The translations under genes and the position numbers were made by a program. Positions 52,604 through 64,000 of a DNA stretch of 64,000 nt are shown in pieces. The notes below the pieces were generated by a model. That model was not told the origin of the DNA, searched no databases, and saw nothing but the letters and a program-made list of their open reading frames with translations. The stretch comes from Dicyema japonicum. Lineage: Eukaryota; Animalia; Dicyemida. Location: assembly GCA_011109175.1 (NCBI GenBank), contig RDEW01000048.1, positions 209,445 through 273,444 on the forward strand, written 5' to 3'. Every line of letters starts with the position of its first letter. The stretch's first letter is position 1.

Positions 52604-54785
52604 ATGCTTAGAAATTTATCAATAATTAAAAACACACTGCCTACTGATTTTTTTCAACAATCTTTACCACGGCTACCGATTCCAAAGTTGGAACTACCAT
52701 CAACAAATATCTCGAAGCTACAAAACCCCTTGTTTCTGAAAAGTCCTATAAAAACACAGCTGAGATTTGTCAGGAATTCCAAAATAATGCTGGAAGAGGT
52801 AGAATCTTTGCTTAATTCAGAGCTCAACCAAAATTTAATTGAAAGAAATGCCAGAAACACAAATTCCAGTTTCATTAACGGTTTTCTTATAAATTATTAA
52901 AAAGACTTTTGGCTTAATCTATACTTAAAATCTCGATCGAGACTTCCGCTAAATTACAATCCGTGTATTGGATTTTTCCAAAATATGAAGGCAGCCTCGA
53001 AAAACGACCAGGTCTGTTTGATCGAGACTTTTAGCTGCTCACAGCTACAAATATTATTAAGGCCTCTCTAGACTTTAAAAAATCGCTAGAAAACAACACT
53101 CTTTACCCCGAAGTCTTTTTCTCCAAACCACGTGACATAAATGGAAGACGTGTTTATAATTACACCATGAAGTGACTTGTACTCCTAATTTTGTTAGTTG
53201 TCTCCCATATTTTGCCAGAACTTATGCTTCCTATCTCTTCAAGGCTTATCCACTTGACATGAGCCAGTATGGCAAGCTTTTTTCTACTGCTAGAATTCCA
53301 GGGTTTCAAAGTTGCTCCCATTTTAGAGAGTTTATTGACAGTTTAGTGACCCATGACAACTCAAAACACATCATTGTAATATTTAATGGCCATTTCTACA
53401 AACTTGATGTACTCCACGTGGACAACAATGGTATATTAAATTTTCTATCAATTTAATAACTAATTGAATTTTAGAGCCATTTTCCCCCGCGTGCATATAC
53501 AATGGGTTAAAAATGATTGTTGATGACCCCCAAGCTCAGGAGCCCAATTTTAACTCCCCGGGACAGCTTACGACGCTTCCACGGAGTATCTGGGCTTTGG
53601 CTAGGAAGAATTTCTTGATTAGTGATTTTTCGCGGTAAACTTAGACAACAAAAATTTCGTGAATACCATTGACAGCGCCCTTTTTTGCCTTTGTCTCGAT
53701 TCGACGGACAACACCGACGAGAAAGCGATAATTTATAACTTTCTTGCCGGAAACAGCCATAACCGGTGATTCTACATTTAATTTTAGCTGGTTTGACAAA
53801 TCTCTTTCAATCATCGTCGACGCTAATTCCACTTCCGCCGTTAATTTTGAGCATTCATGGGGTGACGGAGTGGCCGTTTTGCGTTATATCAATGAAATTG
53901 TAAACCAATCTACCAGCAACCCAGTCACTACGTCTTCTCTGGATTCTTCCGTAAAGTCAAGACCAGAAAAGCTTGGTTTTCAACTATTGAGACATTTTAG
54001 AGTTCGTATTGGATCCAAGGTCGATTTGTGATATACAAGAAGCGAAATCCCAGTATGACGATAAGATCAGCTCACTTTGCATTGAAATTGTGAGAGAAAG
54101 AAAAATTAATAAAAATATCATCAAAAAGCTTAAACTGAGCCCAGACGCTGTTATACAAATTCTTCTTCAGGCATGCCTGATTGTCAGATTATAGGTGGCC
54201 TACCGTAGAGCCTTTGGGCACAACGTTGCCACATATGAGTCTTGTTCTACAGCAGCCTTTTACTACGGAAGAACGGAGACTGTTCGTCCAACGACTGAAT
54301 ATGCCATAGAAATTGCCAAATTGATGTACAAACGGTCCAATTACCAAAATAAGACTGTTCTCCGTGATTTATTCAGCAAAGCCAGTGATCTTCATTCTCT
54401 GAACGTAAAAAATGCTGCAACCGGTTTTTTGTCCATTCATTTTAGGGAAGGGATTCGATCGACATCTTTTTGCCTTAAAATGTGTTGCGGAAGAAGCTGG
54501 AATTGAGGACCTGCCGATATTTTCTGATGAAAACTACAATTTTATGAATCACTATGTACTTTCAGGATCCACTCTGTCGGTTCTTGCATTAAATTTGGCG
54601 GGTTTGGACCTGTCGTTGATGATGGATATGCATTTGGTTGTTTTTGTGTGTAAAGCTGTTTAGGGTACATGATGACGAAGAATATGTTTGAAAGCAATAT
54701 TCTCGGTTATAATTCGAATCACGTGGGAACACTTAGTGGTACTTTCGGAGAAGCTTGGCAAGATTTTGTGGAATTAATAAATTAA
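52604..54785 (+). CDS. CPT2: Carnitine O-palmitoyltransferase 2
   Basis: FQQSLPRLPIPKLE, AYPLDMSQY, NRWFDKS, NFEHSWGDGVAVLR, TYESCSTAAFYYGRTETVRP, GKGFDRHLFALK, GGFGPVVDDGY; about 12 introns, mostly 22-26 nt; two single-base homopolymer losses. Confidence 0.93.
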
Positions 54786-57657
54786 ATTTTATTTTTTGCG
54801 TAAACGTATATCAGTTAAATGTGCTCCCCCGTTACCCATAAGCCTAGGGTTCGGCTTGTGCCCTGCTCGTCACTATACGTTCTACCAGGTTTCTCCGTGT
54901 AACTTTCCTCTTCGATCCATGCTTAAGGTCTCCCATTTAGTGGTCGAAATGAGTCTTTTGAAATTGAAACTTGCTATTGTAAAGGGGGTAGATTAGAAAG
55001 ACTGAGAGTATGATAAGGACAGACATTATTAGAGAGGTCTCAACCACTCACCAACACAAACGTATATGCCGTTTAAAAAAATCTGTTTGCCAAGTAGTTA
55101 ATCACTCAGGACATTGTTGCCTCGTGGATTGGTCTAAGAATACCTACCAGAGTTCTAGATTTATTTAGAACCCCGGATCACCGAGAAAGACAGAAAAATG
55201 TCAGACAGTTGGCTGGATCGGCCTTGTCTCCAAGATAGTGCGGTTGGTATATAGAACCACTTTTTCAAGGGAGGAAAAGCAACCTAGGTAAAAACACTCC
55301 TAAAAATTGTTAGTAATTAATCGCTAGACTTTTCAAACACGTTTATAGTTGTAGCACCAAGATTCCTTTTCCAAATTAAAGTTTCTCTTTTTAATTTCAG
55401 CAAAATTTGGTCATGGTCGCTTCTTGAATCATAGACGATCGACTAAGTCGTGTTACATCTACCTAAGAGAAAGCGTAGCTCCAAAATTTTCCTTCTCAAT
55501 CCATTGAAGCACTGTATTTGACGTGTTCTTTTATGGGTTGGTGGAATCTTCCGTGAATCTGATGAGCCTTGTAAGAGCTTGTTGCCGGTTAATAGAACTA
55601 TGGGCCTCAGATTCATGAGTGGATCTGCACTTTTACCAATTTTTCGTAAATGCAGTAATATTCTCGTTAAAAGAGTGAGTCTTGAATATTTCGTTTGGCT
55701 GAGTTGGGGCGTATTTCAATAATTACGACAAATAATGTCAAAGTCAGCCTCTCAGTTATTATTCAAGAGCCTGAGACCTTCAAAAATTTCGGAATCCGTG
55801 TACGCTTTGTTAAGCGAACGAGCCTCTTCTTCCAACATTGAAAGAGGTAAGATGTCATACGATCTATCAAATCACAAACGGCCGTGGAGACACTAATTGA
55901 AAAAAACAAAAAAGGACACCAATGCCAAGAAGGAAGTGCTCGCCCGTATCGAACTTGTGTAGGCTCAAGGGATCAACACCGAGCGAAGATGAGAGCCATG
56001 ATTCAATTCGTCGAGATCACTTAGTCTTTCGGTTTAACAGTGGTCTTTGGAATTAATTTACTTAATTAAATTATTTTTTTAGATTGGTTTTAGCTTATCC
56101 TCGCTTGACTAGTCGTACAATAATGAAGATTTTTGGATGAGGCTTCTTCACTTCCGAAACTAATTAATTAAATCATTCTAAAAACTGAGAAAAAAGCCAA
56201 AATAACTAATTCTTATATCTTGACGCCTTCTAGTAGAATCATCATCCAAACACAGTGATCCAGAGACATTGTCCGAAGAATTGAAATCGATACCAGAATT
56301 CGTCACCAGGGAGCGAAATAGTTTCCCAGTGGAATGGATCCTTTCTAATGCCGACCAAGCATTAGGCGTCTCCTGAGTAAGGTGGATCTGATGATTTACT
56401 ACAACTTTCTTACTTTTAGAAATAGTTAGTTAAGTATGTAGTAACCCCGCCTCAGTAACCCCGCCTCACTACTTTGTAGAAGACTTGCGATTGTCCATGG
56501 GCGACCACGCACAACCATGCCTTCATTCTTGCTAAAGATCTTCAACATGTGAAAAGACATTTAAAAACCGGAGATGACACAGATATACTTTGGACTATGA
56601 CCTGCAACCGAGAATGCAGGATAAACCTAATGGAAAAGATAGTTTCGGAGACATGTGGGAACTTAGTATATTTGACATTTTGTTCCATTGACAATGTTCA
56701 TTATAGGAAAGTTCAAATTATTGAAAGCTATTAAAGAGATTATTTGACAGTCAGTGTAGTCACAACAAGGTTTCACACAACCTCAAGCGATTTAAGTAGT
56801 GTCGAGACAATTCTAACTTCAATGAGCGATATTTAAGTTTAAAGGCATTTGATGTGTTTTGAACAAAACTCTTTGGTCGCTGGACATTTGAGACAATCAA
56901 TTAGGGGACGGAAATGTATACCAACCAACACCTGAAAATGTAGAGCTATTCTGAGAATCTATATTAGGTAACCGCGAATGTAGAATTGATAACTCTGGAA
57001 AACTTGGGACTTTTCCATAAGAGAGCGCAGAAAAAATGAAACTGGCGGCAAAAGAGGACATTCTTACTATTATTCCTCGAATAGTTCTTATAATGTTTTT
57101 AGTGTATTTCCAATGAAAGTTGGTGAATTCTTTGTTCACTGAGATAAAAATCTCAATGGTCAGTCCTCCAACAAGTGAGGAGCAGTAAAATTTTTTTCCT
57201 GTAAAGTCCAGGATTTTGATGAAAATCAATAATTGTCCCGGATTTCTAGAATAGTAAAGCAGTGAGCATAGTCAAACTCCAGGATACTTGTGACATCAAT
57301 TAGCTTTAGAGAAACGAACCGCATCATCATTAATAGTTAAAAGAGATTTCAGACTAGTAGAGCGAGAGGATTCCCAGTGATAAGTATTATTGGATTAATT
57401 TTTCTCGCTACATCATCAAAGACAACTTTCCTGCTTGTATTACAAATTCAAAATCAAATCAGACATGAAGAATGCCACAATCAAAAAAATTTAAATAAAT
57501 AAATACTAAATTATTTTTAAATATTCCTTCCTATATTAATAAGCATAGTATTATATTTAAATTATTTTTAAATTTTATTAATTTTATTTTTCGAAATAAA
57601 TTTTTTTTAATTTGAATTTTCGTACTCTCAATTCAACGTTTGAATAAATGTTTGTTA

Positions 57658-58649
57658 ATGGAATTCAATTTACCAAATATAATTACCATTCTCGTATTTT
57701 TCCTTTGTTTTTCGACAAAATCAGAGTTGTTTAAGAAATCTGACTTTCCACCTACAGATGACTTAATGCTAGGTTACTTCCTTCAATCCAACGAAACTTC
57801 CGCGTTAATGAATGCTACTGGACTTGACGAAATTTCTTATAAAAAATTCTTAAGATGGTATATTTCCGATTATAAGGATTGCCACAAAATTATTGAAGTC
57901 TCTTATATATTTCCATTTGTGGAAATTTTCCCCAACGTCATCACAGGAATTCACTCCCATCACCTGATTCCAACGATTTGCAAATTCAAAATTGGACATC
58001 CAGTTTACAGAAAGTACTTATGTTACAACCTCGACCACAATTCTGACCATTTTAAGGTTTACTCCCATAAGCTGATTCTTAGAATTATTTTGTTGACAAA
58101 AATAGGAAGTTTGGTGAAAACGTTGTATTTGCGTATATTTTGAAATCCAACTTCAGGCTCCGTTACCTTGAGCACGTGCTACAAATTCCGTCTGGTCAAT
58201 GCCTTGTATTTGGAGGACGGAGATCCTGTGATGTCGCCAACTTTCTTTGTAAGCAGGGGACCTTCGTCGTTGACTATGCAAGAAATATTTTATGTGAAAG
58301 AAGACTTTATAATATTACACGTGAAAAGTTCGCTTATAAAATTTTCCGCCAATACCACCGTCCAAATCCCTATTTCAAGCCACCCCCGTTTTCTTTCAAA
58401 CAGCAAGTCATAGAACTTAACGATTCGCGATGGAATCCTATGGAAACCAAATATTTTTATAATATCTATGAGAATAAGTTCAACGACGGAATCCGTGATG
58501 GAATTGAGGTTATTGCTTTACGGTACTGCCATGATGATTCTCCTTATGTTTATAACGGAAATATCAGCAAAGGTGAATTGATGCACTCCATAGTCGAACA
58601 GAGTCGAAAATGGGTGAAGTTGTATAATTTATTTCCTGATTATTTTTAA
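57658..58649 (+). CDS. Orphan protein of about 310 aa with signal-peptide-like N-terminus
   Basis: Introns gtttactcccataagctgattcttag (26 nt) and gtatattttgaaatccaacttcag (24 nt) join the 57640 and 58140 track ORFs in frame; N-terminus MEFNLPNIITILVFFLCFST. Confidence 0.65.
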
Positions 58650-58679
58650 AAATAAATTTTTGCAATTTATTATAAACGT

Positions 58680-58990
58680 TGGCGCAGTGTAATAAGTTCC
58701 GAACCAAATACCAGGAAGTTCGAATCTCTCTGCTGTCCATGCAGTAGAAGGTTCCACGCATCTACAATGCTTCTGGGTTGACAAGTGACGCCGTGTTTAT
58801 TACTGCGGAACAGGATTGTCTAATTAGACAAGCAAAGAGAAAAGAAAGAGAAGTCAAGAACATTTTCATTGCTTGGAATACTTGCCCCATGTTAGTATGA
58901 CAGTTCCTACTTCTTAAATAAAGTGTCAGTTCTGTCCAAATTGAGGTATAATAATGGAAACATTACTACTCCTTGACGTCAGGGCTGTTT
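58680..58990 (+). mobile_element. SINE family 1 copy, near full length, alternative tail
   Basis: tggcgcagtg (A-box-like), gttcgaatc, gaaggttccacgcatctac. Confidence 0.8.
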
Positions 58991-59049
58991 TTGTATTATA
59001 ATATTATTTGTATAATGGTGTTATTTCGTTTAAAAGATCTCAATAGATC

Positions 59050-59350
59050 CTTGGGGTGATTTTTGACATGCACGTGACATTTTATCCCCATGTTGAAAAT
59101 GTAATAACAAGATGTGAAAAAAAGACTAACGTGTTGAGATGTCTCTCTGAGGAATGGAAGATCTGAAATCACCATATTTTGAAAACTATATACAAGCAAT
59201 ACATTGAGCCATGCTTTTCTTATGCATTCGGCATGTGGAGTTCGTTCATTTCCTAGACAAATGCTTTGAAGATCAAAGCTAATAAAAAAGGGCTTCTAAA
59301 GTCACGGAACAATAGACTAATGGACAGAACGTTCCTCTCCAACGATCACA
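59050..59350 (+). mobile_element. Jockey/I-like LINE ORF2 fragment
   Basis: HVENVITRCEK..NVLRCLS...LKTIYKQYIEPCFSYA. Confidence 0.65.
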
Positions 59351-59459
59351 AATGGTAAAAATTTTGATTAATGTTTTTAATTAATTGGAGAAAGCCTATT
59401 TTCATTGACTACTAGTTCGGTTATTATTACCTGCTTTCTCGACGTTTCCCGTGTTAATT

Positions 59460-59580
59460 AAGTGAGAACCGAGGAATGCTCTTCACTTCTTTTTTCTTTA
59501 TGTAAGGTGTAGGTCCTTTAGTAGACGACCCGGTTTCGCAATGAAATGTTCACTGATAGAGACGTCACTCGTCAAGCAAA
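59460..59580 (-). mobile_element. SINE family 1 fragment
   Basis: gagaaccgaggaatgctcttcac...gtcactcgtcaagc. Confidence 0.75.
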
Positions 59581-60125
59581 ATAAATATTTGATGTAACGT
59601 CAGTATGTTAACAAAACTGGTTTTTTGTCTCAAGCGTTGACTTTAAAATAATTTTATATTCAGGTGTATATCCATATTTCTTTCCGTTTGTTGACAAAGG
59701 GATTTTAATGGTTTATATTTAACATGCCACGTGGTGCTATGTGGCTAGTTAATCATAAATTATTTTCCTTTCTTCCGATGGCGTCATTAGATCCACTTTA
59801 CTGAAGAGATGCCCAATGCCTGGCCGATATCAAAAGGATTCACTATTCTTCTTCATGGACAATGTTGTTTCCTGGAGACAAGTTCTGGAATGCTGGAACG
59901 AGTCAGATCAAGAAGTGATTTAGTTTGGTTTCCTTGGTCTTTAATCAAAGCCAATTTTATCTGGAATTAAACTCTCTACCGTCAAGATGTACAAGGATAT
60001 TTTAAGAATTATAATCATAAAATTATAAGTGGTCTGCCCATTTTTTTAATAAAAAAATTCCGTCTCCAAAGTCTAATTATTACTAAAAATACAAACATTA
60101 AAATTTTATTTATTTAAAAGAAAGT

Positions 60126-62744
60126 TCAAGCGTTAGAAGACTTATCACTACAAATAATAAACAACGGTACCTTTGAAGATACTTTCCACCACTAATAACT
60201 AAGTATGAAAGACTTTTCTTTCTTTTGCTTCTCCTTAAGAATCGTCATGCTTGAAAGTGGAGTGATGAGTGCTGTCATGCTCGTCCATGTAAAGAAATTT
60301 CTTTTCATTTTCCATTTTCTTCACTCTCTTCTCCAATTTAGGCTTCCCAGGACCCTTTCCGTGAAATCGATGTGACATAACACGGAAAGCTTCCTTTGGC
60401 GGCAAAATTTCCGCTTTTTCGTTTGTATACTCCAATTTGAATTTTGGGACGATTTTCTTTTCCTTAAAAAAACTCAAGTTCCCTTCATATCTCGTCTCCC
60501 TTTTCCTTTGATTTGAGTCTCCCTCACTAACATTAAACAGAAATTATACTCAACGCGCCTAATTTCAACGGAATAATTCTTTGAACAGATTTCCTTCGCG
60601 TCTTCTGATATTTCCGGTTCCTTCTCCTTGGCTTCTCGTTTGATGTACCCTGAAATGAACAAATAGGGAAAACCCTTCTGTAGAGCTAAATTGAAGGCTC
60701 CGGACAATCCAGAGTTTAGCGACGGTTCAACGGCAAAAGGCTAAGAGTCATTAAAATGAATAAACGTTGGTTTCCTCAACTTTTGGTGCTTCTTCCTCAG
60801 TAGTAGAGTTTTTTTTCACATTGAGCATTATTTTCCAGCAAGATTTCCTCAGTGTCGTCGCTTTCTTCTTGAATGGTTGAGGTTTTACTAGTAAAACATA
60901 GATAAAAGCAAATACTGAGAGTTTTGTGGATTTGCGTATAATTGGGGCACTTTGAGTTCCTTGCAAAATTCACTGACGTCATCAATGACCAGTCCGACTT
61001 TGAATGGGAGATTTTCTTTCTCCGTGGTGGTGGCGTTGAGGTCTCCAAGCTGATGAAATTGTTTCTTCTTTAAGTTATTGTTTAGATGGATAGAGATCTC
61101 ATCTTCGCCTTCGTTTGCAAAATTTAAGTCGGCCAAGTCGTCTTCGCTTAATTCTTCCTTAATATCGGATAAAATCACTGGGAGAAGGCCAGACAGCTTA
61201 TTTTCCCCAGAAATTAAATTCTCCACCTCCATTGGTTCCGTTTTTCTCAAAATTATACAAATCAGTACATTTCACCGTCTGATTTCGTAGTTTGATTTTT
61301 CGTATTTCTGACTTTAATCTTTCGGCTTTTGTTGAATTTCTTAAACTTGAGTTCCTTAAATAATAATTATAATTAAAAATAAATAAATTATATATAAAAA
61401 TATTTTCTTTATAAATAAGTAAAATAATTTAAACATTACAACCGTTTCTTGTGGTGTCAGGTAATCGGTTACAGGTTTGAGTTCTGTTGTAGTGAGGTCG
61501 ATCTAAAAACATGTAAAAGTGAGGATCACCATTCCCTTGAATGATGGCTTTCCAGCACTCTTTTCGTTAATTTGACAAGTGAAATCAAATTTACCAGTGT
61601 CATCTATAATAAACAGAATTGTGAACCTAATTTAAATGATTTAATCTTCTTTCCTTCAATTCGTTCGTTGTATTGTGGCAGTAATCTCTTTTCGTTCAAT
61701 CCAAACGGATTCTACCCACGCGATAAGCAAGGCATAACAACCTCGTTGTACTCACTGGCGTATTCCTCGTTGTCCCAAGGCCTGTATGTGAGCCCAATGT
61801 TGCTCTTTCTAACATTTTCTTCCCCCTTTTCGACGTCCATGAAGTTTACGTTGAACAGTTCGTCTTCCTTGTCGTCCAAAACATCTTAAATGTCTTTAAA
61901 ACTCAACTTTTGTCCATCAAAGTTAAAATTACATCCCGGCCCTCCTCAAATCGCTCAGCGTCGTGCAAAACCTTCATGGAAGTGTGGTGACTGCCACGAA
62001 TGACCTCGTCCTCAAAACTTTCAATATTTTGGAGCTTCATTGTGAGGAAACTGTACCTTTTGAGCAGCAGCCTTCTTCTGATCCTCCAAGGATCTGCTTT
62101 TGCTAAGCCAACTCACAAGACTTTCATCATCCACGTTTCCCAGTGTTTGCACATGTCTGAAATAAGAATCAAGACCAACGAGTAGTTCATCTTCAGTCTA
62201 TTTCTCTCCTTCAAAGTTTCCATCCTTTCCTTCATTTTCAAAGATCGTTGCGTGTCCCCGATGTTTATGGCGGGCTTGTGGATATCTTCTTCTATGGAGG
62301 ACGCCGTGTTCAGAGGTGCCTTATCTATAATAAGCTCGGCCGAATACCGTCGGTAATATCCTCAGCAGTAATAGGCTTTAGCCCCGCCTCGATGCGATAT
62401 TTACTAGAAATAAGTAAAAGTCTCATTAAATCCAAGTTGAAAGGAATTGTAAAAATTCTTACTTCACTTCTTCTAGCATTTGGTCCTGGGTCTGTTCCTT
62501 GGGTTTCTCCTCGACTAAAAATCGGTCATGTCGCCACTTTTTACCTTTTTCTTTTGTTCGTTCGACTTTCTTATATTTATCATCGTGTTTTTCTCGTTTA
62601 GGCCTTTCTCGATCCTTGTCACGATCACGTGAATGAGATCGCTTTCTATTTTATTGGTTGATAATATTGTAAACCTTTTGTGACTTTATCAGTCCTTTTA
62701 TCGTATTTGTCGTGCCTAGATCTATGCTCACTATTGCGAACCAT
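60126..62744 (-). CDS. SART1: U4/U6.U5 tri-snRNP-associated protein 1 (Snu66)
   Basis: Arg/Asp-rich N-terminus; PKFKLEYTNEKAEILPPKEAFRVMSHRFHGKGPGKPKLEKR; LKEKQK...YLVISGG; many tiny introns; some junctions and frameshifts unresolved. Confidence 0.85.
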
Positions 62745-62864
62745 GAGAAACAATTTGACTTAAATAATTTTCAAATTTACTTAAAATATATTTTAAAAAT
62801 AAAAAAAATAAATTTTATATCTTTTTGTATGATTTACAAATATTTTTATTTGCAAAATACGAGC

Positions 62865-63265
62865 CTCTTAGCTAAAGTGACTTATGTTACGGGTTCGATT
62901 CTCGCTGCTGTTCACCTGGTGGAAAGTTCCACGCATCTACGATGCCAAAAGGGTTTGACGAGTGACGCCGTCATCAGTGAATACTCACTGCGGAACTGGA
63001 TTGAAAGGACACTCACACAAGAAAAAGAAGTGAAGATCATTCTTTGGTTCTACGATTAGTTAAATTAACTGTTCTTAATGTGTGTTTCCTGCCTATGCGG
63101 AGCTATAAATACTATGGCTCTCGTGAAAAGGCTTTATTATTATGACACATATAACTGGACTACGGAAAACAACCACCAACTACCACATTTTCGGCAAGTA
63201 TCAACATAATCAAAATGAATAATATATTCAGCCTTTACTAATTCACATTTTACTGCAACACTCAA
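62865..63265 (+). mobile_element. SINE family 1 copy plus about 130 bp of co-duplicated 3' flank
   Basis: Near-identical to about 40325-40700, including the right TSD and the downstream sequence. Confidence 0.9.
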
Positions 63266-64000
63266 ATGTCCCCCTCAAAATAGTTGTTCCTAAGGAATAT
63301 TAAAGTGTGATCTCTCCGGCTTACGTTGTCGACATCACCAATTTCTTTGTAAAAGGAAAAGTGATGAATCTCTATGTTTGCTTGACTACCAATAGATAGT
63401 CATGTAGGATCCTTGTTTTTGGACGACTTCCACCCAACGTTGATAGAAGCAAAGTTTCTTCATTGCGGGAAGTTTTTGTCTCTTTGGTGCACCTCCGTTG
63501 TGGTCACCATACGGATTTATTCGTATTTGAACATAATCAGACAATTGCCTTCATCGTTTTCCTTTTTCTGCTTTCTATTCGACCGAAGAAGGACTACCTT
63601 TTTTCTTGTATGAGTCCGCCGTCGAGTTCTGCGTCGCATCAAATATATCTGACAAATTCCTAAAGCGTCCGCTCTTGGTTGTGAATTTCCTGTTCGCCAC
63701 CGGTTCCCTTTATCAGAAGGGACCGCGGATAAATAAAAATGCGTACTGTATGTTTCTCTTCTCTCGTCACTTAGCCATTAACCATTAACGACTTTTTACC
63801 AAAGGAATGCAAGAACGTATTTTTGGGCTTCTTGTAACACAAGTCCTGCCACAGCATTGACTCCCCTCCTGTGACCTCAGATCCCTCTTATGATTCATTT
63901 CATGATTGGATCTCTTCAGAAAGTTTACCATCCTTTTTTCTGTTACTTCTCTGATCTACATTAATGCATTATCTTCACCCTCATATAAAGTCCCGTCGAA

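Noticed and set aside
56897-57480. Minus-strand gene divergent from the 57658 orphan
   Set aside because: No consistent start and splice model, and no recognisable motif

Overview
AT-rich eukaryotic nuclear DNA, probably from a highly derived animal parasite. The genes are metazoan-type and use the standard code, but nearly all introns are about 21-30 nt. Dicyemid mesozoans are known for this, so the organism assignment is an inference only. Host genes reconstructed by hand: a long Ser/Lys-rich RING-HC protein, bystin (with premature stops), a very divergent proteasome beta-type subunit, two paralogous RING-H2 proteins, a TTC1-like TPR protein, two tandem G-protein beta paralogs without the normal N-terminal coiled coil, CPT2, SART1/Snu66 and three orphan ORFs. 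Much of the rest is transposon debris. This includes RTE LINEs (some young), about nine CRE-like RLE retrotransposon fragments, Jockey/I-like LINE remnants, two SINE-like families (one tRNA-derived with an RTE-matched tail), two hAT elements with 8-bp TSDs and two pogo/Tigger elements. Several conserved genes carry single-base losses in homopolymer runs, which look like sequencing errors. TE boundaries are approximate unless a TIR or TSD is quoted. No tRNA or rRNA gene and no CRISPR array was found.
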